Part shown: piece after piece, positions 11,682 through 25,262 of the stretch
Position numbering within the stretch: the stretch's first letter is position 1
Layout: every line of letters starts with the position of its first letter
DNA from: Carcharhinus longimanus
Taxonomy: Eukaryota
Length of the DNA: 64,000 bases
Direction: 5' to 3'
NCBI GenBank assembly: GCA_030264375.1
Contig: JASCQW010000072.1
Span: forward strand, 27,589,049-27,653,048
Position numbers and translations under genes: made by a program
Notes under the pieces: model-generated
The model's database searches: none
What the model saw: the letters and a program-made list of their open reading frames with translations, nothing else
What the model was told of the DNA's origin: nothing

Positions 11682-13075
11682 AGGAAGGTAGTTGTGTAGC
11701 CTGTGTACTTAGAGGAAGTTTTGACTGCTGTTGGTTCAGCTCCTCAATCCCTATTGTTCTCTCACTTTGCTTTCACTGATGAGTTCCAGGACATCTGAAA
11801 AACCCTCGGCATTCAATTTAAAAACACAAAACCACTGCCAATTGCCTTTTGTTTATAGTAACATTGGAAACACCTCTCCTAGGGGATATACACCATGTAG
11901 CCAAATGCACTGACATTAAAGCTGAAAGTAAATGGGTTGCTGCCAGAAATTTCAATTCTTTTAGCTTGCTCCTAAATTCACTCACCTGTTTGGCTAAAAT
12001 TTCCCCCAACTTGCTTCCAGCTTCCCTTCTCCATTGATAAGTGCAGCTTTTTCTATTTCGTGGCCTACCACTTAATCTTAATTACAAAAATGAGTGAACT
12101 AGATGAAGGCCAGCAACCCAGAAGTGTGTACCTTGTATGATGGGAGAATGGAAGTAAGAGATTTAACGTTATTCTGTTGAGGTTTTTGAGCCATGCAAGC
12201 CAGTAATTGCTGTTTGTGTGGCTGGACGCAAGACTACTCGATTGCGACCTACTGCCTCACCAGCACCCCTAATCAGAATGCATTCTGAATGATTACTTGA
12301 ACAATCTATTTTAGTGTGTGAAGAGTGCGGGTGTTCAGCAAAAAAGGAATGAGTGTGGCATTTTTGTTATTTTGACCGCTTTGATCAGTTCTTAAGCATT
12401 GAGTGCAATTCTGGAGATAACGTAGTTGACACTCGGTGCTTGTGCCACCTCCTTCCTCATACCACAGGTAATATCTTTGGAAGGAAGGTTTACGTTCATG
12501 GGTGCCCAGTACACTGTCTTTGCACTATTTCTTTTAAGAGCTTCATGCATGAAAAATTGTGACATCTTCTTCTTTTGCTCCGTGTTATATCTTGGCTTTC
12601 CTTGTGCCAACTGATCCGGAGTTAAACATTCTTGAAACGCAGCACAAAAACATTGCTGACACAAGCAGCCAAGCTGACTAACAGTCAAAGTGAGCAAAAC
12701 AATGTTCCTTTCTTACCTGCAGCTGTAGTTGTTGAAATCCTCAACTGGAACTAGCGTTTCCAAAGCTGCTTTCCAATTTCCATGCACCCCAGCGAATTAC
12801 ACCCATTTTCTGAGTTACTACTCCAGTGTATATGCCAATGAGCTCATCAAGGGACTGCTCATGTAAATACTCATCCTACCATCAGCAGGTGCAACTATTT
12901 TCCACTGGAATGAAAGTGGAGCAGTGTTAAAATGTAACTCACTGCATAAAATTTCAAGACAAGGAGGTTAATTGCACATGACACAGCTTGTCTGTCCCTG
13001 GTGAAAACATTGAGGTTTGCCTAAAACACAAGTAATTTTGAGGTGTCTACACAGTCGTAATTTCACGAAAGACCA

Positions 13076-13830
13076 TGGCCGGAATTCTTCCAAAAAAATT
13101 CTAAGTGTCGAATTCATGTGAAAGCTGGAGTAATTCATGCTGTTTTTTTTTTCAATGGGAGTTCAGAGGAGAATCTCCCACATTCAGTGGGCAGGGCCTA
13201 TTCCCGCTGGAGAGGCCGGCAGCATAGCATTGAGTGGGGCACTACACATGCACCACTCTGCCAGCACTGGGATCGGTGCACGCACAGTGGTCCCTGACTG
13301 CCAGCCTACCAATTGCTGGCCAGCTTCGTGATCCCTACAAAGCTGTACGTGAGACCTCCACAGCCCAACTGCTGGCCCCCACGACCATTGCCGGACGAGC
13401 CCTCCCCTGTCCCCCCAACACCCTGATTCCACCCCCCCAANNNNNNNNNNNNNNNNNNNNNNNNNNNNNNNNNNNNNNNNNNNNNNNNNNNNNNNNNNNN
13501 NNNNNNNNNNNNNNNNNNNNNNNNNNNNNNNNNNNNNNNNCAACCTTCGCAGCAGGCTGATCCACCTAACAAACCCCCTCCCACTCTGCCCCCTAGCCCT
13601 GCCGCCTTGGTACTGCTCCATGGCTGATGGGCAGTGGCCCAGGCATTGGCACTCTCCCTGTTGGGCCGTGCCACTGGCAGAGGCTGGTGCTGCCAAGGTG
13701 GCAATGCCAAGCGGCATCCCCCGCCAATCTTGTGGGGGGGCACCAATTGCCCCCCTTCACTCCACCGGGGTTGGGTCGCAAGCTCCCCGAAAGTAGGGAG
13801 TTATGCTAAACCCCGCTGGAGGGGCCACAG
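13076..13830. mobile_element. GC-rich non-autonomous DNA transposon spanning a gap
   Basis: Starts TGGCCGGAATTCTTCC; sharp GC rise; GGCA/TGCC-rich repeats also seen at 49550-49660. Confidence 0.55.
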
Positions 13831-14029
13831 TGACAAACAGGGCTCACGATTAAAACTGTAACGCTACTTTTTTTTCTCAGCTACCTGCTTATTTTTTGAG
13901 CTCTTGTAGATCCAGTGTAATTGCAATTTCAAGCAGGTGAATTTTTATAACTAAAGAGAGGTTGCTATCCTATACAGTATAGATGGATAGGCAACATTAT
14001 GGTCAATCTTTCTTGATAGAGCTATTACT

Positions 14030-14450
14030 TGGATCTTGTCAGCACTGAAGATACACACCATTTATCCAGCCACTGTCTAATTTTGTCTACATCCACCTGC
14101 AGTGATTCAGATGCTACTCGATTTCAGATGAAAACTAAACTACTCTCTAGAGGGTGGCTTCATCAGAAAAGAGAACAATGTTACTTTTGCTGATACCAAT
14201 CAGATCATTAATGAAGATGTGAAACAGAAAGAGATCAAGCATAATTTTCAAATTGACCTCCGTGTAGATATTGCACAAAGACAAGAAATATCCATTTATA
14301 ATGATCTGGTTTGCTCCCTCAAAGTCACAGCCATTTCAGCAGTTCAACAGATATGTTACAAGGAGTTAATTTTAAATGTGAGGCTGTAGCATCACATCCT
14401 ATCACACAGTCTTGACTATTGCTCTAAATTTCTTTGTTTGATGACAAAAC
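14030..14450 (-). mobile_element. Ancient CR1/L2-clade RT relic
   Basis: Minus strand LFHIFINDLIGISKSNIVLFSDEA corresponds to the RT motif LFxIxINDL...xFADD. Confidence 0.55.
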
Positions 14451-17400
14451 TTTGGGGCTGTCAGCATGTAGTTAAAACGTTATGACGGTCTATTCATTGG
14501 TGGAGATGCTGAAGACGAGTTGAAACAGAGTCCAGGCATCCATAAATAATTGGGGGGTGGGGGGAAGGTATTGTGGTGGTGGTGGTGGTTAACACCTTGC
14601 TTTTCTTTGCTGCAAAGTGGCCACTCTTATCTTCCTTTGGGCTTACCACTAAATGATTGGAGTGCCCCTGTGTATTAGGTGATTCGCAAATGTGCAAACC
14701 TCATATGCAAATAAAGTCTACAAATATCCATTGACATTTAGAACAACACTGCAGTGCATGTGCCATGCATGCTCTTCCCTGTATCGGCCAGATAGGTCCA
14801 ACCAGACAGAAGCTCAGCAAATAAAGTTTAATGTATTGTTGTGGAGAAGACAGAAAACAGTGTGCTCCTCTGGTTTTAACAAAAGAAAAGTTGCTGGTTA
14901 ATGTTCTTTTTGGTTTTCCTTTGTTGTACTTGACTGGTTTATTGCAATATCCGGAACATATAAGAAACAGCCATGCGCCTGTGCTGTCTAGAGGCTACAG
15001 TGCTTACAGTGTCTGTCTTGAAGAGAGAAATGGATCAATGCCTAACTGGGACAGTGACTATATTATACAAGAGGTAGGTACCAAACGTTATGGTCAACAT
15101 GGCCTTCTAGATCAGTACTGATTGCCTGGAAAGATCGTGAAGGTATTTTTTTCATATTTTTACCCCTAAAATTGGCCTGGGATTTTTGATTTGGCTTTTC
15201 ACTATTGCATGGCAACTGGAAAAATATGTAGTCTCATGAAATGAGGCATAAAGAATGACAAAGCAATGGGATAGTTTTGATTACCAGCTGGTCTTTTTTG
15301 GCATTATTGTCTATCTGTATATTTTTCAGGAATTATTTTGATGGCTTCCCGGATAGTTTGGATAAGATTCTTTTTCACTTTCACAAAGAAGGCAGTTTAT
15401 TTTCAGCAACACAAAATCAAACTTTGAATGCTGCAAAATGTCCATTTGAAGGAAAAATATTTTCACGACTTTGTAAAATTAGTTCCCAAGTTAGTAATTT
15501 GTGTAATAAGATGAGAATGTTAAGTATTTATAAGTTGTTGCTGTTGTCACATTTAATGTTTAAAATTCTTGTACTGGGGAGACTCCCAACCACATTTAGG
15601 ATTCACAAATACACAATTATGTTATTTGCATCTTATAAAGAGCACAGGAAAAAAGAAACAAGATCTAAAGGGCTTTAGGCTGAAAGAATGCAGATATAAG
15701 TTTCTTCTCAAGTATGAACAATGCGAAAGAGTGGTCTTGTCAGAATGTTGAATGCCTCTCAAGTGGTGGGTGTAGGTGCCATCTGAAGGGCATTAAAAAG
15801 GAAATACTTTTCCGTTTTAACCTAGCTGTCTAAACTGATAACCAGGGTCCTTTATATTATTTTCTCAAGGTCGTGATCACTGTTCATATGTGAACACAAA
15901 TACTTTGGTTCAAAGTGATTCCAGACTGCTCTGTAAATATTTTACAACAACTAATTCAGGTAACACGCATGTGCAAGCTCATCAAAACTGGCTGTGTTTC
16001 ATGTTATAGCTGTGCATCTCCCCAACCTCCAGGAAAGCTACATAAATCTGCTGACAAAGTGGCATTTTGAAACGCTTAAGAGATGAAACAAGGAAAGTGC
16101 ATTAAGTAAAGGTTTCATTGTTTTCCTTGCAATAGAGTTTTTCCCATTACTTACTGACAGTTTTCTTTCAGGCATTAAGGCTAATACCTTCACATCATAT
16201 GCCAAATTATCTCCAAGTGACACAAATGTACTTCTTGCCTTTTTCAATAGCACTAACCTTTGAAATGAGTGGATACTCTTCTCTTTCACTCTTCTAGATT
16301 GTTACCAAATAGGAATGATATTTGATTTGAATTAAAGGTTGTCTAATTCTCTGGAATGGTTGTAATTAGATTAATAGGTGAAAGAGCTTGAATTTGGGTA
16401 CTGTGATAGTCCTATCAGGTTTATACATTAGACATTTTTTTTCAAAAACAACTAGTTCATCAAATTGTAGAAGTCAAAAAAGGTCATCCAGCCATCTAGC
16501 TCACCCAATTATTGTGTCACCTTTACATTCAGAATGTACACATAACATTTACATCCTTTTCATGCTCTTGTGCCAAGGTGGTATTCATCTACACCTGTCA
16601 AATCAATTACTTGTCCATATTCAAAAGGAGGCACTCGTTTCTGTACATTAACAAACCTAAATATTAACCAGTTAGTATTAAGCGTATACCCTCACTTTAG
16701 CTGTGAGTCATGCCCCCTAGTTCTCTTCTCAGAAGCACAATGTGGTAAATTGAATCAACTCCTTTAACAATGTGTTATTTCTATAAACAAATCCTTTCCA
16801 ATGCCAAATGCCTTTTTTTAGCAGCACAGTGGCCAGAACTGGAATAGTAAATAAGCATTTGAAAATGAAAAGCATGTGTAAAAATACAGCAAGGCCAAAA
16901 ATGGATTTCACGTGAACAATATTAATGATATCTCATTTTAATAAATTATAGACAAATACTTTGGAATCTTAAAAAAAAGTAATTACAAAACATTTATACT
17001 TCAAATTGTCAGCTTAACAGGTATGAACATGCAGACTGAATTAAGATTTTTATAATGGCAATTGATCACTACAGAAACATTATATGGGAAAAAGTATCAG
17101 CTAAATTTCCAATATATTCTACTAAGTCCAACTTAACCCAATCTAATCTGATTGATTACATATGTCTGTTACAACTCAGTTTCGAATTAGAGTCAATTAA
17201 AACCTGGTAAAAGCTATAAAGAATACGGCAAAATACATAGCATTTTCATAAACATAGTGAATAAAAAATAGAACAATGGGTAGGTCTGAACCAAGCATAT
17301 GTTTATCCAATCAAAGACTGTACCATAAGAATGGGATTACCTACTACAGAAATAAACCTTTAAATTATATTTTTTCTTAATGAGCCTGTTAAGCATTATA

Positions 17401-17810
17401 TTTCAAGCAATTGCTTTTTATATTCAACAAAGGGTTGCAACATTTTCCTTGTATTCTAGCACCAATAATTTACTACTGTTTCTCCCCAAAGGCCATGTAT
17501 TACCAGGTATTATCATTTATTGTTTATTCTGGATCAAGAATCAATCATATTGCAAACAAAAATACTTCATACATGTTGCTTCATGCTGCTTTGATGGCAA
17601 TGTTGTATTATATTTTCCCTTAAATTATACTTTTTGAAAAACTTAATGAGGGTAATAAAATGTAATAATAGGGAACCACTGTGCATAAATAGCTCAAGAC
17701 TTAAACAGCTAGTTTCTGCAATTGTTTACTTTGAATAATAACTTAATTTAGTTTTCAAAAATGGATTAAAGCAATGGACTTTTTTTTTTACAGCTATCAT
17801 AGAACATGCT

Positions 17811-18440
17811 GGGATTGATTTTAACCCTGCTAACTCAGTGGAATTTAGGGAATTGAAATCGAGTCGATTACTTTGAACTCAACCTTCCCCATAATTTCCG
17901 ATTTTAACTTGCAGGGTTCCATAGGTGGTTAAAGTGCCCACCTAAAGCAGGAGGGGATCTGATAAATTTTTGAAAGTGATGGTCATAATATGTCAAAAGT
18001 ACCTTGATTAAATTTCAGTGGGGGATCGGAGTGAGGAAGGCCTCAATGGTTTTCCTGCTAGGCTAAAACAACTCAAAAGCTGTTCTGTGGACAAAAGAGA
18101 CCCTAAAAGATTATGTCCAAGATTTTCCTTTATGGGGTCAATAGAAACAGAAGTTTTCCTCGAGACCTATGAGGAAAGTCGTGGCCTTCTCCTCAGACTC
18201 ACCTCCCTTTTTCCTGACAGACCCTCACAAAACTCCCATTCACTTCGCTCAATTGCAGGTTGACCCAGATGGGTAATTGTCCTGCAACCCTTTCCTGCCC
18301 AGACTAGGCGGGAAGGGGACGGGTGGATTCTGAATGATATCCAAGGGTTAAACTACCCTAGGCCTGAAACTTAGGCTAGCAGGTGCACTTTGCACTTGTC
18401 CATCTTCCCGCTTCGCAGAACCCAGGGTTAAAATCAACCC
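17811..18440. mobile_element. 630-bp non-autonomous DNA transposon with clear TIRs
   Basis: Left GGGATTGATTTTAACCCTG; right CAGGGTTAAAATCAACCC (reverse complement GGGTTGATTTTAACCCTG). Confidence 0.75.
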
Positions 18441-18544
18441 AGTTCATCAATTTAAAATCAAGTCAATGTTCTCGAGTCTAGAGTCTCATCCTTCATAACA
18501 AACACGTTCAGTTTATGTTACAAGTAGGTGCGAAATCAAATAAT

Positions 18545-18561
18545 GTGGCCCTCTGGTGGAA
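18545..18561 (-). promoter_or_regulatory. Candidate CTCF-binding motif
   Basis: Minus strand TTCCACCAGAGGGCCAC matches the CTCF core CCACCAGRGGGCRC closely, in otherwise AT-rich unique DNA. Confidence 0.4.
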
Positions 18562-21500
18562 AATAACATATTACATCTGAAGTGCCCAAGACAAAAACTG
18601 AAGACTTATAAATAATAAAGCTGATTAGCATTACTTTATTTAAAATTAAGTAGGAAGATATTTATCAGCAAAAGAATGCATTATTATTATATCACATCAT
18701 TAAAATCCAATATACTCAGGCACAAGAATGTCTGCATAAATGGAGAATAATTCATGTGAAATTTGTTTTCAACACTAAAAGATTAAAATCACTAAAAAGC
18801 GTTTCAGAATATATTTCACTGTCCTAAAAAATAGCTTTTGCATTAGATAATGTGAAAGGTGTGATGAAAACGAAATAAGAANNNNNNNNNNNNNNNNNNN
18901 NNNNNNNNNNNNNNNNNNNNNNNNNNNNNNNNNNNNNNNNNNNNNNNNNNNNNNNNNNNNNNNNNNNNNNNNNNNNNNNNNNNNNNNNNNNNNNNNNNNN
19001 NNNNNNNNNNNNNNNNNNNNNNNNNNNNNNNNNNNNNNNNNNNNNNNNNNNNNNNNNNNNNTTCTTGCATCATGACTTAATACCTAAAAGTGATTAAGAA
19101 GCATCAATTAACACTCTCGTTACACCTTTACACTTCCATTATCAAGATGGTCCCATTCTGCCAATTACAGAGGCAGTCCCAGAACAGAAGGGAAAAGCGT
19201 GGTACAGTCTTCCAACAAATAAATGTCTTAAAGAATTGCCTAGCTGTTTTTTTTTCTCTTCTTAAAGTACATGCAAGACATTATGTTTCTAAATTTCCAG
19301 CTAACATACCTTTATCATTTTTTTTTGAACTGCAAAATACATCAAGTTGCAGGACATTTCATGATTAAAAAATATAAACAATTTAATTTTTTTTTGCCTT
19401 GCACTTAAAAACACCTCATATTGAGAGCACAAATTCAAACACTATTTTATGTATTATCCAGCTTCGACAGCCGTGAATGACTGTAGCTTATTTAAAATAT
19501 TCAGTATCTTGATTCTGTCAGTATTTTACAGCATTCTTTATGAAAGACTGTTGTTTAATGATGCACAGCTAATCATACTAAATTAAAATTTTGTAAGTGA
19601 GTTACAAATCATGCAGTATCAGCCTGTGATAAATAGTGCAAAGGGCTTCCTTTTTGGGTGACTAAATAAAATTTTGCCTCAAAGGCATTTGAAGAAAAAA
19701 GCCCTTGCTGAAAACATCACAGATATTGCCTAGTTTTAAATCTACTGGCTGATATTCATTTATTTTTGTGACATTTAAAACATTTAATACTGTCCTTCGT
19801 CGGAAGTAATTAAGCCCATNNNNNNNNNNNNNNNNNNNNNNNNNNNNNNNNNNNNNNNNNNNNNNNNNNNNNNNNNNNNNNNNNNNNNNNNNNNNNNNNN
19901 NNNNNNNNNNNNNNNNNNNNNNNNNNNNNNNNNNNNNNNNNNNNNNNNNNNNNNNNNNNNNNNNNNNNNNNNNNNNNNNNNNNNNNNNNNNNNNNNNNNN
20001 NNNNNNNNNNNNNNNNNNNNNNNNNNNNNNNNNNNNNNNNNNNNNNNNNNNNNNNTTTGAGGCTAGCAAAGAGATGTCCTGCTAAGATCAGTTGAAAGCC
20101 TTACAGTAAATAAAATAGCCACAATGACCTCTCAAACTACAACCTGAGGATCTAGTAACTAGACACTACTGACTCTCGAGGTCACACATTTTCCCCAAAG
20201 GCCTTAAAACTTGAGTTAGCACATCGCACTGCAAACACAAAAACAAGCTCCACTTCGCCTTTTTTTAAAAAAGATAAAGTCCACTGTCATCTGAAGCTCA
20301 GACAGACATTCGAGATTACATTCCCCTTCTGCTAGTTAGATCAAATGGAGTTCACACTGAAAATGCATAAATGATAATTCTGATTACTAGGCCAATAAAA
20401 TCAGAATCAAATAATATTACTCACATTATTACTATAATTCTGCCCCACAACCACAGATAAAATCCACAAATCATATTCATGAATTGAATTTTTAAAACAT
20501 ATTTACACAACAAAAGGTGGACACTCCTGAACACAACAGAAGCTTCATTTTCCACTACTCGCCAGGTGTAGTTGAAAACGTACAGGATACAAACAAAATA
20601 AATAGGCAAGTAGTTACACAAAAGCTGACAGCCGCTTTAGCTACAGTAAACAACTGCTGAACCAGATGTGTTTATGAACAAACAGTCCAGGTTATATTTC
20701 TTATTGAACATTAACCAAAAAGATAATAGGAATGGAAAATGTGACACATGATGTTGACGGCTCTTACAAGAGAAGAATAAAGCAAGCATATTTTCAAAGC
20801 CCATCACGAATGATCACTCACATATATTGCACATTGTACAGGCAAAGTATTTTTAAAGATTTAGAAGGCGGGGGGAAAGCTGGATTAGTTTTGCTGTGGG
20901 TTAGCCACAGGACACAATTCTTTTTGAAAAAAGTAACTGAAGGAATCATTGGAAAAATAATTGCATTGTCAACAATACTATCTTCCACACAAACCACTGC
21001 CACTTTACGATAATATAGGAAAACCACAACACCATTGCTTGCATATGTAGTGCTTTCTGGTGGGGAGAAATACATCAAAATTAAAAGAAAGGTCTGCCAC
21101 ATCTGGAGTCACAACAAGATGACACTGACTGCTTGATTTGCCAATTGGAAATACATTTTTTGGTGTCTATTAAGTTTGTTTAGAAATTGAAATTTACACT
21201 GGCAGTGATAGGATGATTTTTCGGAATATTAATGGCCTGGGAGAGAGGGAGTTCCTTTTAAACTCAGTGGCAATTTACACAAATTTTATAAATATTTGTT
21301 GAGGGAGTTCACTGCTGTTCAAAGCAGATATTCTTAACTCCCTCGCACCCTAATAATCGCTTGACTAGTGCATTGCTATTGTATAACAAATGAAGGAGTT
21401 GCAAAACTTCACTTCCATACAGCAACGAACTCCTAAATTACACGGTCAATCAGATAATTTTGAAAAAAATTGCGTAGGGGACGTTCATTCATATTTTTAG

Positions 21501-22074
21501 GAGGATTAAATACTTCAATATTGTGAATGTGCACAGTTGAGTTAGTTGAGGAAATGTGCACATTTAAATCAAAATTTATTCTACTAATGACTGAGATGTT
21601 TAGGTTTTAGATTATCAAGGTTTCTGTTTATTTTAATACTCTTCTTTGGACATCAAACTATTTCAAGTTTCCATTGTAATAAATTCATCCTTCTAGATTT
21701 ACAACTTTTTCTCACTCCATCTAAAACCTCAGGGCTTAATGCTTCTCACTGCATCTTTTAGTTTTTTGTTTTTTTTGTGTTGCTTTCTGTTTTGTTCAAA
21801 CTTGAAAAACAGGAGAATTTGCTCTTATGAACTGGGCAAACTTATCCTCAACAGATTGCAGACTTAAATCCTGGATAAGATATTCAAACATGTTGCATGA
21901 CCATTTGGATGAACTCTGTATCTAGCCAGTGCCAACACTCTGCTCATTGGCTGGGAGATTCAGCAGGGGACCATTATCATTAAGTGGCAAACAGCATTTC
22001 AAGATTGTCAGCACTGTTTAAAAACAGCCTACCTTAAATGAACTATGTTGAGGCTAGAATCATACTTGACATGG

Positions 22075-23240
22075 AAAACCTGGCAAACAAGTGGCAAGAA
22101 AGCCACAAAGCTTTTCAATGCGACACTGAGGGCTTTGATGTAAGGTGGTGGATACAGGACATTTCCCCTTCTGTATCTACAGGGTTGGGTCACTGATGTG
22201 GACGGAGTTGATCCTCCAGTTACACAGTCAAAAGGTAACTGGAACAAATAACTGTGAAGTTACCTCACTTGAATGGCCATAATCAGTGAATGCATCTTCA
22301 AGTGCCATTTCTTAGCAACTGCACCAGGAGCCTTAGCCCTCACTCAAATCAGCACACCCCATCGCTCAGCTACCACGATCTCTATCCATCAGCCTCATAC
22401 CTAACATTCATAAGCTGCATCTTACCCACTTGTATTGCTGCAAGCCCCAAAGTCACATCTTACAGCTTGCACATACTGCCAACTATTCAATCAGGACAGC
22501 CACATCACTCAAATAAATTCCATAACACTCATTGACACAGTTGCCTCTCTCTTGTAGGACAAAAGAGATAACTAAAGAATGACATTACATATCCTGACCC
22601 CCAATGCAAGGGACAAAAGTGACCATTTTTGGGATGGTCATTTCTGAGGTTGTAGCCATGGACAGGGATGAAACCAGTTGAAGATGATGGTATCTTTTTA
22701 CTTAGTCCTTCTTATAATATTCCATTTCCCTCCCATATCTTTTTTTTCCCATTTACAAACTGCTGATAGTCTAAATGTAGAGCGGTAATGGGCACAATAT
22801 GGCTGCAGACCAGGTCAGCATAGCTAGTTCACGGGAGGGGCAAACGTTTAGCATCAGCCTGTAGACATTCAGGGCACAATTTTCCAGCCATGCTCGCCCC
22901 AAGACTGAAAACCGCCGCCCAGGGTCAATGGACCATTGCATGTTCCGCGCCCCAACCCTGCCTGCTACGATTCTTGTGGCAGGTGGATACGGGAAAATTC
23001 TGCTCTCAACCTACAGAAAAACACTAATAGTTATGCACAAAAAAAGTGGTGCACTGGGAAGCCTATCAGAAAAACTGTGGTCAATGCCAAGGACCAGGAC
23101 AAACTTGGCATAAAGCTTTGTGAAGAGGTTGGAGCTCATTTTTTCCAGCATGTAATTGGTGATCAACTCTGTTCTGCCAACCCTAATGGACAACGATACA
23201 GCAGCCCCCAATATCAATGCTGAAGCAAAAGGTCAGGATG
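22075..23240 (+). pseudogene. Harbinger Myb/SANT-like (ORF2) gene relic, apparently intron-containing
   Basis: ATKLFNATLRALM..RTFP..KGNW resembles the Harbinger Myb/SANT start APRFSDxxLxxL; acceptor CTCTCTCTTGTAG at 22557 and donor GATG/GTAT at 22690. Faces a transposase relic on the minus strand. Confidence 0.5.
22872..23004. mobile_element. ~140-bp MITE
   Basis: TIRs GGGCACAATTTTCC / GGAAAATTCTGCTC; same family as 10460-10590. Confidence 0.7.
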
Positions 23241-23329
23241 GTTAATTAAGTTTTATATGCAAAATGGAAAATTTTGTTTAATAAATTTGTTTTCTAATGT
23301 ATTGGGCCCTCGAGTTTACTAGAGCCCAA

Positions 23330-24440
23330 AGATCAATTGATCTCAGCCTTGATTGTACTCAACGATCGAGTACCCATAGCCCCTTAGCTAGATATTTCCA
23401 AAGATACCAACTCTCTGATTGAAGAGATTTCTCCTCATTTCAGTTCTGCCGGCCAACCGCTTAGCCCAAGACAAAGAATGTTCTAGACTGTTCAGCCAGA
23501 GAAATGTATATCCCATCAAGCCCTTTTAGATTCAAATGTTTCACTGAGATCATCTCTCATTCTTGAAAACTCCAGACAGCTTAGATCCAACCTACTCAAA
23601 TTCTTATAGGTCAGTCCTTTCACCTCAGGAATCAATTTAGTGAATATCTGTTGCATTCTCTTGAAATATATCATTCCTAAGATATGGGGTACAGAACTGT
23701 ACTCACTGTCTCAGGTGTGGTCTCATCAAAGACCTATACATTTGAAGTAAGACTTGCTTTGTCTTGTACTCCAGCTATATAGCCCATTCTAAAAAAGAAG
23801 TTAAAGTGTCCTTCCCGAATTGCCAAATAAAAAGGTGGTGGTGAGCTGCCTTCTTGAACCGCTTCAATGTCATGTGGATACACTCATGCAGATAGGGATG
23901 GTACTTCAAGATTTTCACTCAGTAACAGTGAAGGAAAAAATCATTCGGCATCCTAATTGCCTGGAGTACTTGCATGCAACTCTGTGTGATTTGTATATAA
24001 AGACACCCACATTTAATAGTTTCTCACAATTTAAAAAATGTCCTCTTTTCAATCTTCCCGCACACCTCATCTTTTCACACATTATATTCCATATGCAACC
24101 TTCTTGCCCACTCGCTTAACCTATGCATATCCCTTTGCAGATTTTTTTTGTCATCCTCACAGCTTACTTTCCCATTTTGTTTTGTATGATCAGCAAACTC
24201 AGATGCAGTACATTTGATCCCTTTCTCTATATCATTAATGTAGATTGTAAGTAGCAGAGACACTGGCATTAATCCTTGTGGTCCATTAGTACAGCTTGCC
24301 AATGTATAAACAACCCATTTATTCCTGCTCTTTTTTTTGTCCTTTAATCAATTCTTTATCCATGCTAAGATATTACACCCAACGTTATGAGTCCTGATCT
24401 TCTGAAATAACCTTTTAAGTGACATTTTATCAACGGCCTT
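23330..24440 (-). mobile_element. CR1 LINE fragment (RT to 3' end), with another LINE 3' piece at ~23790-23940
   Basis: ORF 24075-24302: PQGLMPVSLLLTIYINDIEKGIKCTASEFADHTK...LQRDMHRLSEWARRLHMEYNV, a typical CR1 RT. Confidence 0.85.
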
Positions 24441-24957
24441 GATGATGAGGTTGTGCAGCATGCTTATGGCTACCAGAAATTGACACACATGCGCAGCCAA
24501 GTACTGTAGTGCCCTTCTGGATTAGATCAAGCAATGGAATCATTGAATGTGTGTGACAGTACAGCTTTACTGTTATGCACACCGTGCATCTGTGCATGGG
24601 TTACACAACTGAGACGCGAGTTGTCACCAGATTGCTTTTGTTGCTCAGTAGCCACCTTGTGCTTTACTAAGATGGTTCAAATGCCACTGGCAGAGCAGAC
24701 GGTACGACAGTTAACAAGGTACCAGGCTTCAATCTGATTGAATTGCTGCCTATGGTCACATAACAGCTGAATGTTAATGAAATGGAAACTCTTTTGGTTC
24801 TGGTATATAAGGCAGGGTAGACATATGGTGCCCACAAAGTGCATTCACTTAAAGACAACAAGGGAAGCCTGCAATTCTAGCAAACCTGGGTGTTTACTCC
24901 ACCTGCTTGTCTCTGGTAAGAGAAAATGAAATGTAGTTGCTCGCTTGGAATAAAGAG

Positions 24958-25252
24958 TGGCATGGTGGCACAGTGGTTAGCACTGCTGCCTCACAGCTCC
25001 AGGGACCTGGGTTCAATTGGGTGACTGTGTGGAGTCTGCACGTTCTCTCTGTATCTGTGTGGGTTTCCTCCCACAGTCCAAAGTGTGCGGGTTAGGTGCA
25101 TTTGCCATGCTAAATTGCCCCCTTAGTATCCTGGGATGCATAGGTTAAAGGGATTAATGGGATAAATATGTGGGGATAGGGCCTAGGTGGGATTGTTGAC
25201 AGTGCAGATCCAATGGCCAAATGGCGTCCTTCTGCATTGTAGGGATTCTAAG
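24958..25252 (+). mobile_element. Full-length HE1-type V-SINE with CR1/HER1 tail
   Basis: A-box TGGCACAGTGG, B-box GGTTCAATT, V-domain, tail GGCCAAATGGCGTCCTTCTGCATTGTAGGGATTCTA; TSD AAAGAG (24952-24957, 25253-25258). Confidence 0.9.
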
Positions 25253-25262
25253 AAAGAGACTC

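Noticed and set aside
12273-12288. Perfect 16-bp palindrome TCAGAATGCATTCTGA
   Set aside because: About one palindrome of this size is expected by chance in 64 kb, and there is no supporting context.
12392-12905. 101-aa minus-strand ORF and a neighbouring exon-like segment (12717-12904)
   Set aside because: No recognisable domain; the exon-like segment is closed in all three frames.
13137-13861. Cluster of long overlapping ORFs
   Set aside because: Artefact of GC-rich transposon sequence and an N-gap.
24958-25020. tRNA gene
   Set aside because: The A and B boxes belong to a SINE head; there is no complete cloverleaf.
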